A stretch of 51,902 nt of DNA, the filler included, from Sphacelaria rigidula (lineage: Eukaryota), in NCBI GenBank assembly GCA_964200075.2. It is 4 parts of 4 records of this genome, joined end to end, with 100 filler letters (N's around TTAATTAATTAA, not from the genome) between each part and the next. Parts side by side here need not be neighbours in the genome. Positions count along the whole stretch, not along the records: positions 26,004 to 38,903 come from CAXNAA020003322.1; 3 more parts are not named here. One strand, given 5' to 3'. A program made the position numbers and the translations under genes. Positions within the stretch are counted from its first letter, which is position 1, and every line of letters starts with the position of its first letter. Positions 26,068 through 39,003 of the stretch are shown piece by piece. The notes beneath the pieces are model-generated. The model made no database searches, was not told where the DNA came from, and was given only the letters and a program-made list of their open reading frames with translations.

Positions 26068-27175
26068 GCATATCGGGTACTATTTTGGGTTGACTTCTCT
26101 GGCGCTTGCTTTTCGGTGCTGCTACTGTTGTGTCGGTATGAGCAGTTGCTCTCTATCTTTATCGTTTGGCTACAGAAAACCACTGTTTTCCCGCGTATTG
26201 GAACTTTGTGTGTGAAAGGCGGCTGGGCAATGCTTTTTTTACTCAGGTTGCCAAAAAGTTGGCGCCACAAAACAATGACACGTTTGTTTGGGGGTTTTGG
26301 GGATTGGACCGGATTTCACGTAGCAGGGTTCGTATTTCCCGCGAGGGCGGGGCGGGATGCCACGGGACAAGGTTTATTTTTCCCGTAACTACGGGCCATC
26401 CCGTCTCGATACACTCGCCATTTTTCCCGTTCCGTCTCGCCGTCGGGTGAAAAGCCATGATGTTTACCCCCAACCCCACGTACTCGCTGCCGCGAGCTAC
26501 GAGTCCACATCAAAAAGCATAAACGTCACTTTGAAACACACATACCGCGCTGCAAACTTAATATGAATATCTTGGTGGGTCGATTACGTGTGTGACTGAC
26601 GGGGAACCGCGGGTGCGTTGCCACAAAAAAGTTGTGAAGCGCCCGCTGAATCACTGCTTGCATGAATCGCACAAAGTAACGTGTTCCGGGGGAAGGGGCT
26701 ACAACTTTTTTTCAATGACGGCGGGGGAAAATGAGCACGGTCGGCACGCCAAAAGTCTACTGAATTCACATTTTTTGTTGCACATATTGCGCCGTGTACG
26801 AAGTACGTGCGGAAGATGTACGCAGGGTTACCTCGGCTCGTCCCAATGAGGAGGGGGCTAACTATATATATATATATATATATATATTGGCGACTACTTG
26901 ACTCTGCTATTTCGCAAGTGTACACATGAACGCGGTATGCACCCGAAATGAAAACGAAAAACCGTACGATTCACATAGTGTACCATGTTGCACCTCGCCA
27001 CACGGCCCATGTTGCCGGCACGCACATGTTATGAATGAACGATCCTCGTGTCGAGTTGAACGCGTTTCATGTCATGTCCGAGTACTACAGAGAACTCAAG
27101 TACGATACGGGGCACTTCAGTTGGGGGGCTTCACATGTTCGAAAATCTGTAACTTTTCCCCCCACCCCCCCCTCA

Positions 27176-27241
27176 GTGCTCCGTCTCGAAAGGGATGCGT
27201 GGTCAATGGTCAAACGACTAAGGCAAGCAACAAATGAGTAC
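27176..27241 (+). mobile_element. Short 3'-terminal fragment of the same LINE as 1155-1735
   Basis: gtgctccgtctcgaaagggatgcgtggtcaatggtcaaacgactaaggcaagcaacaaatgagtac encodes APSRKGCVVNGQTTKASNK*. Confidence 0.75.
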
Positions 27242-30200
27242 GTCCTCCTCAGTTTCGAGAATCGAAGTCTCTCAGGCTCAGGTATCTTCCTCTCATTGGT
27301 CAAGAGTGTGTACTTGTCCGGTGTCTGTGACATAGCTGTCTCTCCCCCGCCTTAGTGTTCTTATGGCTACGGCATGCAAGATCGTGAGTACCCCCCCCCT
27401 CACCCCCCAGGGAAAATCACGTTTTGGGGTCTCCCAAAAATTGACAAATTGCATGCTACTTTGGTATCTCAATCGTTGTGCCCTGCTGAGACCTGCGTCT
27501 CTTTGTATATTGTTGTGCCTGGCAAGCTATGGTACCTTAATATTCATGAGCTTCGCGGATGTGGGGAGGTTGTGGGTTTTCGGGGGGGCGGGGGAGGGAT
27601 GTCAGGGATCGTTTCCACCACATGAATGCCGCACGATACTGGGCAGTAAGTCACATGAATTCAGGGGATGACAAGTTTCTCCACGCATTTAGGGGACAGC
27701 AAACTATGTTGATAACACCAACACTACGGATAGATGGGAAGGATGGTGGTATAGATTCCTGAATGTTCCAAAAACTTAATAATTGGCGCTAGCTGGTTGT
27801 CGAAAAGTACAGCAGATAGTGATTCGGTTGGTGGTTCTCGACCGTTCAAGGTGCGACAAGCCGGAAGTGAGCAGGAAGACCAGGGGGTGGGTGGATAAGG
27901 TAAATTGAGTAGAGAAGTGTAAGCTGAATTCAACGAGGAGGAAGGGGGAGAACTCGCACAAATTCTACCGTGACTTCACCGGTCTCTCTTCCACGAGACT
28001 GTGATGTGAACCGTGCTTCGTTTTACCCTGTATTCGTTTCTCTCACAAACTTCACCATGCCATGCCTTCACCAATCAACCCCTTCCCTACGGGAATGTGA
28101 TGTGGACCCTGTTTCATTTCACGCTACGTTAACTTCTGTACCTGACTCTCATTCTGTAAGGGGGAGCGAGGGGGGGGGGGACTTGGCGCCCGCAGTAGCG
28201 TCGATCGCTTCAGACCCGCGGTCAACTAGTTGCTCGTTTGGACCTCGATCATATCCCGTGCGTCAACCCATCAACTCCTTGTTGATCCCACGAGATCAGA
28301 CAACGAAGTCCAAGGATCACGGCGATGATGTACGGCCAGCGAACCCCCGAATAGACAAGAAGGTACATGACTAGATGATGTGGACGACACGGGGGTACTG
28401 GAGTATATTTACCATGCCCTGCAATACCCCCTGGCGGGAAGCGTCGTTGTTGGCGTCCATGCAAGGTCGACCCTCGTGAGGTGGTCGCTGCTCGAAGAAG
28501 ATTAAACTGTCTGGGGAGTATTTGACTTGCCGTTACCAGTGGCATATGGTTTCCTTTCACGTATCATGTGCGCCTGGAAGTCTGCGAGGAGCTCCGCGTG
28601 GGCGTGGAAAAAGCAACCCTCCCCGATCGTAACGACAACTTCGTCATCCCGCGTAAGGTCGACCTTGCCCGCATCGACACCGACAACCACGCTTCTCGCC
28701 AGGAAGCCAGGGCTAATGCCTCTAACGCCGGCGCCGAGCACGACAACATGGCCCAACGTGAGGGTTCTCTTCATGCCTCTCCCTTTCCGCGCTCGAACAT
28801 CCCCGCGCTACTACTTTCCATCTCGTCTTGTTCGCCACACCCTCTCCCCACCTCTCTTGTGTTTTGTTGACAGTGTCGACCTTGGTTCACCCGACCTCCA
28901 GCCGCCACATTTGTTGACGCCTCTTTCCCTCTTTTATCTGACCCTTGCCTATCTTCTTCCCTACCGCGGTCCGTTCCAAATTCAGGTGCGGGGGATCCGA
29001 ACAACCCATCTTTTACTCGACACTCGACACTCGAACGACGTTTTCGCTTCCGGCGTCGTCCACGTCAGCTTCCGACGTCTTCTCTGTAACGTGTTTTTTT
29101 CACGTCTTGGTTTCTTTTAGTCTTTTTTGTTTTTCGGTCTCCTTCGCTTGCTGTCTTCTTCCGTGCTTCGGTTTCTGTTCAGCTCTGCTCGTTTCAAACG
29201 TATCTTTCCTCTGTCACGGTCATACGATAATTCTACTTCAGACATCTTCATCTTACCCGACCGTGGATGCAGACGGTTCTTGACTATAGCACTACCAATG
29301 TGCCACGAGCTACTTCTGTCCTTGATTTCAGCCGTTATTACCCACGGCAGGGGGTAAGGGGGGGCGAGGTGGATTTCCAACGGCGGTACGAGTACCAGAT
29401 TCTGTTTTCCATTTGCGGCCCAAAAAGAGAACCAGGCAGATTTGGACGCACGTTCGGATGACTTGGTATACGTACTCGTCGTGACGGTTTTGGGGCACTT
29501 TGTGCCTTCTCCGGTGTCCGCAGTTTTTTTTTGGCGAAGCTTGAATTTTTGCCCAAGAACGATCAAGTCTAGAAAAAAAGACGGTTTCGGGAACACCTTT
29601 GGCTGCCAGGGTAACTAATCCGTTGAGTCAATTTCATTTTCAGACGAAACATGGCCATGGCCCGGATGAACCCTAGCGGTGAAAGGATCAACGGTCTCAC
29701 CGCCAGCATAGGCGATCTGTTGAATCGCCGTTGTTTTCCTGATTTTCTTTTCAGGTGTAAACGATACCGATTGAACAGATTACCTACCCTAGCAACCAAA
29801 CGGTTGATTCTTGCAATCCGGGCGGTGTAAGTAGGCATTATTTCCATTCATTTTTCGAGTGAAAGTGATGCCGATTCACAAATGGACCACCGCTCAGTCA
29901 CGAGGTGTTAGGACTTAGACGAAAGTAGGTCATCCATTAAACCGGCATCAATTTTTTACTCGAAAAAAGTATGCATGATCCGGATAGATCGCGGTCCAAG
30001 GGCTGAACCCACTCATTCGTCCCGAATGGTCGAAGAGCCCCATATCCTGCAGATAAGTAAAAATAAATGTGATTAATTATGAAGCCTTGCTAGACTGCAA
30101 ACACCCCCTATGATGGTCACATATAGAGTACTACAGATTTGGGGTTCAGAACAGCTATCTTTTCAGTACACAGAAGTTTTTTTTTCATGAACACGGGACG

Positions 30201-30505
30201 GTTGGGGATATACACATGGGGTGAGAAGTGACAAGCACCAGAGAACATCCTGACCGGCTTTTACCCTGCAGTCAAGTGCGTGCAGAGTCACTACTTATAC
30301 GAGTTTGTACGATGTTGTTCGTTCTTGTTGGAGACAACAACAAGACACAGTGAGGCTTGCCATCGCTCCCCAGTGGACATTGTCTACTGCAAGCTGCTGA
30401 TGTCTCAGCTTAGTGTTCCGCAACACTACAGACAGTGTAAAGCTATGGTGGTAACAAAAGAGCGGTGAGGCAGGCGTCGAAGACTACGATCAGAGTAAAG
30501 CGTAC

Positions 30506-30611
30506 GTTGTTCGTGTCCATGATATCTATGGTTGCCCGAATAATCATGTCCAGAATGGGAGATACAGGTACACTGCAGGGTGGTCCATCTGTATATACCC
30601 AGTCCATCCAT
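30506..30611 (-). CDS. Putative exon of an uncharacterised minus-strand gene
   Basis: cag|A...AAC|gtacgc. Phase-2 in, encodes (R)WMDWVYTDGPPCSVPVSPILDMIIRATIDIMDTNN. Phase matches exon 33525-33654. Confidence 0.45.
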
Positions 30612-30854
30612 CTGGGGTGTGGCATAGTGACCATTCTGACCAATCACAGCTCTCAAAATGGTCACTCCGCTCCTCTTGGGCCTCATCCCTGGCTTAGCAT
30701 TTTCCGTGGGAAACTTTGAAACACATATGGTCGACTTGGTGAGCTTTTCGCCTGTTCTGCCAACAGCCCCCCCCCCCCCACGCCCCCTGGAAACCCCGGA
30801 TGTCTGTCAGCTTGTGAAACTGTTCCGAGACGACATCTGCACTCCAAGCCTTCA

Positions 30855-30958
30855 CTCTTAGAAAGCGAGGGTAGTCCATATGGATCATGCATAACTTCTT
30901 GAAAGTGAAATTGATGCCGCTTCGCTCCAACATGTGGTTCACTTTCGCTGTTCAAGGG
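30855..30958. mobile_element. ~100-bp TTAA-flanked MITE-like unit
   Basis: ttca|ctcttagaaagcgagggtagtccatatggatcatgcat...aattgatgccg...ttcaaggg|ttaa. Same family as 32668-32767 and 36150-36398. Confidence 0.6.
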
Positions 30959-32281
30959 TTAAAACGGATGTGCTTGGTCATCACGAGTTAGGTTTACGGT
31001 CACAATGCGCAAAAGTCGTGCCGCACGAATTGAGGGTGCGGAAAATGAACCAAAGAGTTGCGACTCATGAGGGGCAGTTGCCGACCGTTGTATCGAAGTG
31101 AACGTTCCTCGCGCATGAATTGGTGTCCGGGGTACTGTACTGTGCGCATTTAATTCGTGTCGCACAAGGAATGGGCCATGGAAAAAAGTCCGTTCGATTC
31201 ATATGCGGCGTATGAATGGCAGGCGGTGGAAATTGCAGAATGTACACGTTTATGTGAGTACCAGGGTGGTCGTCAGAGCAAGTATTGTTTTTGAGAATAT
31301 CATCACGTGATATGTGTCGTGTGGCTGGCAGGTCGGAAATATTTCCACCTGATCTATGCCGTATGAATAAAACAAGGAGGGAAACAAATACGTATGTATG
31401 ATTGATGCCGCATTAATACACAGTGGGATACATGTACCCGATACATCGTACAAATCGCGCGTTCTGAACACATAAATTATACTTTACATGCTCGAAACAT
31501 ACTCCTCGTAGTTGTTCTACGAATTGCGGGATATACGCTCAAGTTGAACACGGACGGACGAATCATGGTTTCATTCGTCCGACCTGTGCACGTTTGCATC
31601 TCGAACCTTTGGACTCGCACCAACGTCCAGGGAGGCTTGTTACGCCGCCTTTCGATATATACGTTTTTCCTTTTCATTTCCAATTTAGGGGTGTCGATGG
31701 GATTCCATGGGGCTGCGGAAGTCGACAGCAGTCTTGTTACAGGGGGAGCCTTCGCCCAATCACAGCAATCGAAACAACTTTCGAGTTCGACTTCACGTGT
31801 TTTTTTTTTCGATATCTTTACAGAGTATATTCTCGAAAAACGACACGTTCGCAACGAAATCGACCCTCCCTCCGCCGATACAAAAATCCTAAAAAATCAC
31901 GCACACCACCCCTTCCTCCCTGGAAACCCCCTGGAGTAGCAGCTAACGATGTTGTTCCGAGACGAAGCTCGCAATCGAATCGTCAATATTCCGAATTATG
32001 TGTTGTGTTGTTGTGTTGGCATCCCATCTCTTCTGCACGCCAGTCTACATCTTCCGGTTTATGTGGGCGTATCAGGCGGGTCACATGGGAGGGAGATCAA
32101 CACAGAGTTTATACGTATATTATTTGTTTTATAATTTATATTATTATTTTTTACGCCGCCTTCGTGCTGCAGCAGTGCTCGCCTTTTATTTTTTGTTGTG
32201 AGAAGGGTTCAGCGATCATTTTTGTCGAACTTTTTGTACCGACGACAAAGTTTCTCTCGCCTCTGTTGGGCATGATGCGAG

Positions 32282-32380
32282 AAAAAATCCCGCATATTGT
32301 GACTCCATCCAGACTCGAACCCACGTCCTATAACCGTCAGAAGGGCTGGAAGTTACCAACTGAGCCACTGCGGGCCGACC
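32282..32380 (-). mobile_element. tRNA-derived SINE head
   Basis: Reverse complement ggtcggcccgcagtggctcagttgg...ccttctgacggtt...gggttcgagtct has A- and B-boxes. Homologous to 15947-16042. Confidence 0.65.
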
Positions 32381-32667
32381 GCCTTCGAATCATCATTTTT
32401 TTGGCGCTGTTGTGCGTGGATATCATTTCATTTGGTACAGAGAACTAAACCGTGCTGTACAACACCTTCACGCTAACACTTATATTTGTTTCCCTATTAT
32501 CAAAATTGGGCATGCAGTACTGCGACAGAATCTCATCCCGAGTTCTGCGAGGTGCCGGAATCCAATTTCTCTCGCTAATTGGGAGGACTCGTTGCATTCG
32601 TATTCATACAACATCAAAGCGCGTCGGTGATGACTTCGCATATTGCCTTCGCTATGATGCTCGTTAA

Positions 32668-32767
32668 CCCTCAGACCACGAGGACGGTAGTTCGTCTGGA
32701 TGATGCCTACTGTTTCGAGTGAAACTGATGCCGACTCAACAGGTGACCTACTCCCGCTGCCTAGGGG
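32668..32767. mobile_element. 100-bp MITE-like unit with terminal inverted repeats
   Basis: ttaa|ccctcagaccacgaggacggtagttcgtctg ... caggtgacctactcccgctgcctagggg|tcaa. Internal motif tgatgccga.tcaac. Confidence 0.65.
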
Positions 32768-33524
32768 TCAACGTTCGCAGTTTTCCGCGGAGAGAAGAAT
32801 GACTTCCTCCCCCGCCCCCTATCCCAACAGGTACAGAAACTGATGCGAAGACAGTATTGGAATTATCAAGATCATCTTGCTCTGCATTGGTCGAAGTTGG
32901 AAGTGTGGCGTGTTTTTTTTTACACTACACAGTTCAGAGTACATTTCCCCCTACAGTAAAACACCGCGATGCGGGTAGTCCATCTGGATTATACATAAAT
33001 TCAAGTCAAATTGATGCCGATCCAGCAGGTGACATACCCCCGCGGTCAAAGGGTTGATCCTTGACCGTCTCCGGTGGTTTTGACCAGAACGTGGTCACAT
33101 GGTACACATGTGACAAGGACGATGGTCGGGTCATCATCAGTCACAGAAAAAATGAAAAAAATGCACGAGGGCGTGGGAGCAGAAACTCGACCAAAGCTAA
33201 GTAATTCCTGCCACCTCCCGGATGCTGCAACAGAGACGAAACGCGGACTGTCGTCTGTAGTACTATACAGTAGTCAGTAGCGAATCGTCCGAGATCAGGA
33301 TAATATTTCCCGAAACGTACGTTGCGTCCTCCGACTGCTGTACAGACAGTATATAACAGTACAATAGTAAGTCAGTTGTGAATCAACGGAGAGAGTTGAC
33401 CCCATGGCGACTTGAGACCCTCCGAGCGGCTCTAAAACCTCGACACTGCAGGAGGGATTATCGTATCGCGACTATACATGCAAGAAATGTAAAGCAAATC
33501 ACATATCTATAAGAGCGACACAAC

Positions 33525-33654
33525 CTCAAAATATCGAAGGCACCGTGCGGGGTGTCGTAGCCCACTCCGAGAAAAAGATGGGCAACGCTATGACCACAGA
33601 AGTCAATCGGGTGTTGTGATGCCAGATCGAAGCATATGTAGTACCGTAATACAT
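33525..33654 (-). CDS. Putative exon of the uncharacterised minus-strand gene
   Basis: cag|AT...AG|gttgt. Phase 1 in, phase 2 out. Encodes (D)VLRYYICFDLASQHPIDFCGHSVAHLFLGVGYDTPHGAFDIL(R). Confidence 0.45.
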
Positions 33655-34081
33655 CTGTAGCACCGAGAGTTCATGACTTTTTGCAGTAGCGGTGTGGTAC
33701 GTGTGCCAGGCAAGAGCTAGCTCGCGACGGTGTTTTTGTACGACAGCCACAACAGTACTGAAGTAAGTACCATCGTTGGTTATGCCTGCAAGCAGTATTC
33801 GATTAGAGATTTCTTGCGGCACTTGCCGGTACATTGCCCACCAACATCGTTCCCCAATCGTGTACGGTTGTCTGTACTCTCAAGTACTCTACTTTCTGGA
33901 ACACAATCCAGGTCAAAAGACAAACCCAAAGAATCTCACGGAGGGTGATAAACGCTACACACCACGGGCATGACGAAGCCCTCATGAGCCACTTGCTTGT
34001 CGAACGCCACCGCGGCCCTGGCCCACTCTCCACCTCCTTGGTGCAGGGCAACGATGAGAGAACCTGTTTACCCCGACTTAC

Positions 34082-34178
34082 CGATCCTGGCACCTAGTAC
34101 TGTACCCCCAAACAAGAAAGCGGACTGGCCGACCGTGAGGATACTTGCGGCCGGCAGAAGCGCAGTGCAGAGTACACT
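34082..34178 (-). CDS. Putative exon of the uncharacterised minus-strand gene (hydrophobic segment)
   Basis: tag|AGT...G|gtaagt (strong donor). Encodes SVLCTALLPAASILTVGQSAFLFGGTVLGARI. Phase-1 out matches the next exon. Confidence 0.4.
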
Positions 34179-36149
34179 CTACGCTGGCAGAGCACAGCGG
34201 CGCAATAACTGTGTGGGCCGGCAGAGCGTTGCCTCGAGTACTGTACAAGCTCCTCATCCAAAAACCTATTTGTGTGTATATTGTACACAAGTAGGGAAAA
34301 TTGATTTATCCTGTTCTGCGGCCCATCTTTCTGAAACTGGGTGAACATCCGTCGTGCATTTGGTGTACATTCGCGATGTCATGTGTTCTCTTCAGCTCCC
34401 TCTGCACTGCCCAACCCGGCAACCCAACTGGCGTGTAGTGTATACAGTGCAGCACTCGTGCTGTGCAACTCAGGACATGCGTGTGTATGTGTGTATATTG
34501 GACCCCCCCCCCCCCCCCCCGCCCCCGTCCGTTTCGTTTCCCCTCTCACAAAACGCGAACCAAAAACCAACGTCGATAATAACAAATACCTCATTTCTCG
34601 TTTTCACACCTGGTCCGACGGGATCTGCCTCTGCTCTCCCTATGTATGACCTCAGTAGCAGCAGCGGTAGTCGTAGTAGCAGCAGAAACGACGACGACAA
34701 CAATAGATGAAACGAATAGCGACGCCCTCCAAGCTTCGAGGCCGTCTACTGCATCAGACACGCGCGCAGACTCTGATGGTGAATCCGTCCTCTAGACGAC
34801 GTACTCGAATATGTTCCGAATAGAAACGCGATTAATGACGAACGGCATGTTACGTTCAGGCGCTCTGTGTTTAGATGTTCTAAAATAATTCTGAAGATCG
34901 AGTGCGGAAAATTATATTCAAAATTCTTGTGCAACTGTTTCCCGTATTGATATCATAGTTACATGGTTGAGTTGGTAGGATTTGGTTTTCGAAGGTCGAT
35001 ATTGTCAAATTGTTTGTCCGTTATTGCGGAACGAACACCGAACGCCTCCGCTTCAAACCACCCGCCAACTTCGCCATGGGGTTCGCCAAGGCTCATTGGC
35101 GTGAACCTCACCGCACCCCCAGCTATCATGCATATCCGTCTGCGAATGGAAGAAAGGGAGCTTCGCGGCGTACGGGCGCTACCGCACACACGGGTTTCTG
35201 TGCTGCATATGTACGACAACCAACCAATCAATCGTCAAAGAGGTGGGTGGGTCTCACAAAGCCGATGCTTCTTCGAAGAGTCCCGAAGCCAGAGCAACAC
35301 ATTGGTATCGGGTGTTCCGGGCGCCGTAGTGTATTTAGTGTTACGTTTTGTTCCACGCTGTTATCCCAAGGGGTATGTCGTACCATGCTTCCGAGTGATG
35401 CCGCGATCGTCCCCCCTCCCCGGAAAAAACGGCCTCAAACCAGCCCCAAAACTGCCCCGGAGAAGATGATCATGCGCATAATAGCTGTACATGTGTACAC
35501 AGAAAACACGACCCGCCTCATATCGGCGACATCGGCGAAAACAGCCCAAGCGTGGGAGTCCCAGCTACTCGGTGTGCTCGGCTGTCAGTCACTTCGACTT
35601 ACATGTAGATTTTGCCTCCTCAAATCAGTCACTTTTCTGGGGGGGCTATCATGACATCAGTCAGGCTCGCCGTACCCGACTATCGTACCGCAGTGGGCTG
35701 CACCCGCACGCCGATTTCTGCAACGTGTGAGCAACACCTTGAGTGCACCCCAGCCGTTCCTCTGTTGGCGGTACTGACTACTGTTCTTAAATTATGTTAC
35801 TACAACCGACGGTGTTTAACACCCCCAACAATATCTCTATTGAACCCCCGTGTTGCTACGGTTGAGTTACGTCATGTCCCGCTCTACTTTCGTATTAGTG
35901 TTGTGTTGCATTTCTTGCGCTGCAGTGTGCCGTGACGGGCTGCGCGCTCATGTGAAATTGCGTGCCGTCCACTGTACTCTATCGTGACTGTACAGGTCGA
36001 GCCTACACACGGATCTGTTCGCGGAGTTTAGCAACTGACTTTCGAGAGTTGCGCTTTGTAATTTGGTGTGGAGTATCGTAGGGACATTAGTATACGGCAT
36101 CACGATAACAACCGGAGATCAGTTCGGTTTCTCTTTTTTCTTATGTTGA

Positions 36150-36398
36150 CCCTTTGATGGCGAGCATGGGCTATCTGTTGAATCGGCTTCAATTTCTCTT
36201 GAAAAAAGTATGCATGGCCCAGGTGAACTACCCTTGCGGCCAAGGGGTTAACCCGTAGGCCACGAGAGTAGGTCATCTGTTGAATCGGCATCAATTACAG
36301 TTGAAAAAGGTGTTCATGATCCGGATGGACTATGCCCTCGCTGTATAAGGATTGACCCTTTGACCGCGAGGGTAGGTCAGCTGGTGAATCGGCATCAA
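36150..36398. mobile_element. Tandem cluster of 2.4 MITE-like units with CCC...GGG termini separated by TTAA/TTGA (piggyBac-like)
   Basis: Units 36150-36247, 36252-36351 and 36356-36398 (truncated). Inferred TIR ccctttgaccgcgagggtaggtcatctg / cagatgaactaccctcgcggtcaaaggg. Confidence 0.7.
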
Positions 36399-37741
36399 TG
36401 AAAGTTCTGGAACGCTATGGCGTCCCACCCTTCATGCTCCCAATTATCCGCCAATTCCACGATGGGATGCAAGCTCGGATACGCACGAACGACGGGGAAT
36501 ACTCGGAATGGTTCGACATCGACCAGGGCGCCCGACAGGGATGCGTCCTAGCACCACTGCTGTTCAACATTTTCTTCATGACAGTACTCACGGTGGCCCA
36601 GGCAATCTTCCGCGATAGCCCTGACATCTCGGGGGATCTGGTGCAAGTCCGAAGCGCGAAAAGGGAGATTTCCATCAGGACTGTGCGGTAGCATGAATCG
36701 AGCCAGACGTGGCCACAGCAATCGCGGCGGAAGAGGAACAGTCCCTATGGAGTATGCTGTACGCCGATGACGCCTGAATGGTGTCGCGGACATCATCGAG
36801 CCTCGAGAAGATGATGACGGTGATTGTGACGATCTGAGGAGAGTTCGGGTTGATCGTGTCGGAAGCACAGACGAAGACCATGCGACTGCACTCACAGGCG
36901 GGGCACCTCGACATCAACGCGGCTGGCCAGGTAAACGAACAAACAGACAACTTTGTATACCTCGGGGGTTCACTGACGGAGAGTGGCGACCTCTCGGCGG
37001 GAATAAAAAAACGCGTACAACGGGCATGGTCGAGCTACCACCAGTACAAAGTCCAACTGTACAATCGACCAAACCCGGCCGTCCACCTCAAGGTCCGCAT
37101 GATCAAAGCCGAGGCTGTCGAAGCGCTCCTGTACGGGTGCGTCACATTGGCCCCTCTCAACGGCCACTACAATACACTGCGCACGGCCCACCATGCGTTG
37201 CTCAGGCGCTGTCTTGAATGACACAAGCGCAATCGCACAGACCACGTTCTGTCATACCGAGAGACCCTCGCGAGGGCAGGGTGCGAAAGCACCGAGACGA
37301 CGGTGAGGAAGAGGAGACTCCATTTTGCCGGATTTGTCACGCGCATGTCACCCGGACGGATTCCGAAACACGCCATGTTCGGTGAAATTGTAGCCGTGAA
37401 GGGACACGAAAGAAAGAGTTGAACGGCAGGCACAAGGACCGGATCCCCTACCTAGCGGAAGACATGAAGGCGTTCGGTATCGAATGGCAGGGGTGGACTA
37501 CCAGAGCCCTGAATGCAGTAGAGTGGCACAGCTGTGTTGAACAGGGAGGAGAACGGTTTATGGCGGACTGGTGCCAAAAGGATGTCGCAGAGGCAGCGAT
37601 ACGGCACGCGAAAGCTACAAGCCAAGATGCACCGACAGCACCTGGGACCGACAGTACCAATAGCAACTCATCATGGCCTACGCCGAATACGTGGAGCATT
37701 GTGTTTGGTTCCCATCTCTGATTTGTTTATCTTTTGTTCCT

Positions 37742-37803
<62 letters not shown>

Positions 37804-37995
37804 TGTGTGTTTCATTTCCCCCCCCGACATTATAATATTTGCAGTTGCAGCCGAACACATGCTTCGCGCTAGGTGATTGATTCCGAATTCGCTCCGGCGA
37901 AAACGCGGCGTGGTTTGTCCCGGCCTTGTAGGGATGCGAGATCAAGGATCTCATGACTCCGGCATGCAAGAGGGCATGCAAGATTATGATAACCC
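36398..37995 (+). mobile_element. 5'-truncated, decayed RTE-clade non-LTR retrotransposon (reverse transcriptase and 3' region)
   Basis: [96 protein letters not shown]. Several stops and frameshifts. (GT)n in the 3' part; exact 3' end approximate. Confidence 0.92.
37743..37810. repeat. (GT)n microsatellite
   Basis: About 28 GT units plus a short extension, within the LINE 3' region. Confidence 0.95.
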
Positions 37996-38903
37996 CCCCG
38001 GGGGGGGGTAGCATGCAAGTGCGAGTTGTGTCCGGTTATGGATCTCTGGACGGTCTAAAGGCCACAACGTATTACAAGAGATTCAATGAAGAGACTGGTG
38101 GGTCAACTGGATGTCTTCCCGAAAAAATGAGGCAAAATAATTGTTCCGTAAGACACTCTTGATCGTTGCATTGACACACATGTCCCTATTCTGCCCCCGC
38201 TCCCACCCCCTAGCAGGCGTCTGCGGAGGGGTCAGCGGAGTCTGACGGCGATGAAAGCGAAGAGAGCGTGGTGGGTCAGTTGAAACAGCAAGTGGCGAAC
38301 GGGGAGAAAAAACAAAAGGAACTGAGGGACCAGGTAAAAACCCTGTACGAGCTGGCCAACAGTGGGTGGTTTTTCCCGTCAGGCGACGCATTGCGTAAAA
38401 TTAGGAGTTGGAAGCTGAACTTTAGACAGCAGCATATTATGATCGCCATGCAGAGTATCTCGAGAGCAGCATAAAAAAAAGAAGAAAGAAAAAGTTGTGG
38501 AGATTTTAGATTTCAGCAAAAACAAGATGATGTCATGAGTCCAAATAAAAAATGAGAATCTGCAGCTGCTCCCGCAATGTATCATTTCCTTGGGTGCAGA
38601 AGATCTTCGTGAAATTTCAGGTGAAGGGTCGTCGAATTGGGCCGTGTGTGCAACGTTTTGCGTGACGCTGCTGCATCCCAGTGGTCAAAGTGATGAAGCA
38701 GGCCTCAGTCAAGAGATCACGAGTTCGAATCTCGACGCAACTTTTTTTCACATCATGGCACTTTTTTTTGTGCATCATCCCGGGGCGCACAAACACGAAT
38801 TCGGAATCCCTACTTCATTTTCATCACTTTGGGCCGCCTGGGGGGGGGGGGGGGCGGGGCGTTCTTTTTCTTTTCATTTGTTGTGGTTCCATTGACACGA
38901 CAC

Positions 38904-39003
38904 NNNNNNNNNNNNNNNNNNNNNNNNNNNNNNNNNNNNNNNNNNNNTTAATTAATTAANNNNNNNNNNNNNNNNNNNNNNNNNNNNNNNNNNNNNNNNN
39001 NNN
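38904..39003. other. Artificial contig linker
   Basis: N44-TTAATTAATTAA-N44. Confidence 0.97.

Noticed and set aside
31594..32448. 284-aa ORF, the longest in the track
   Set aside because: It runs through repeat-like non-coding sequence and an antisense SINE head; no protein-like motif.
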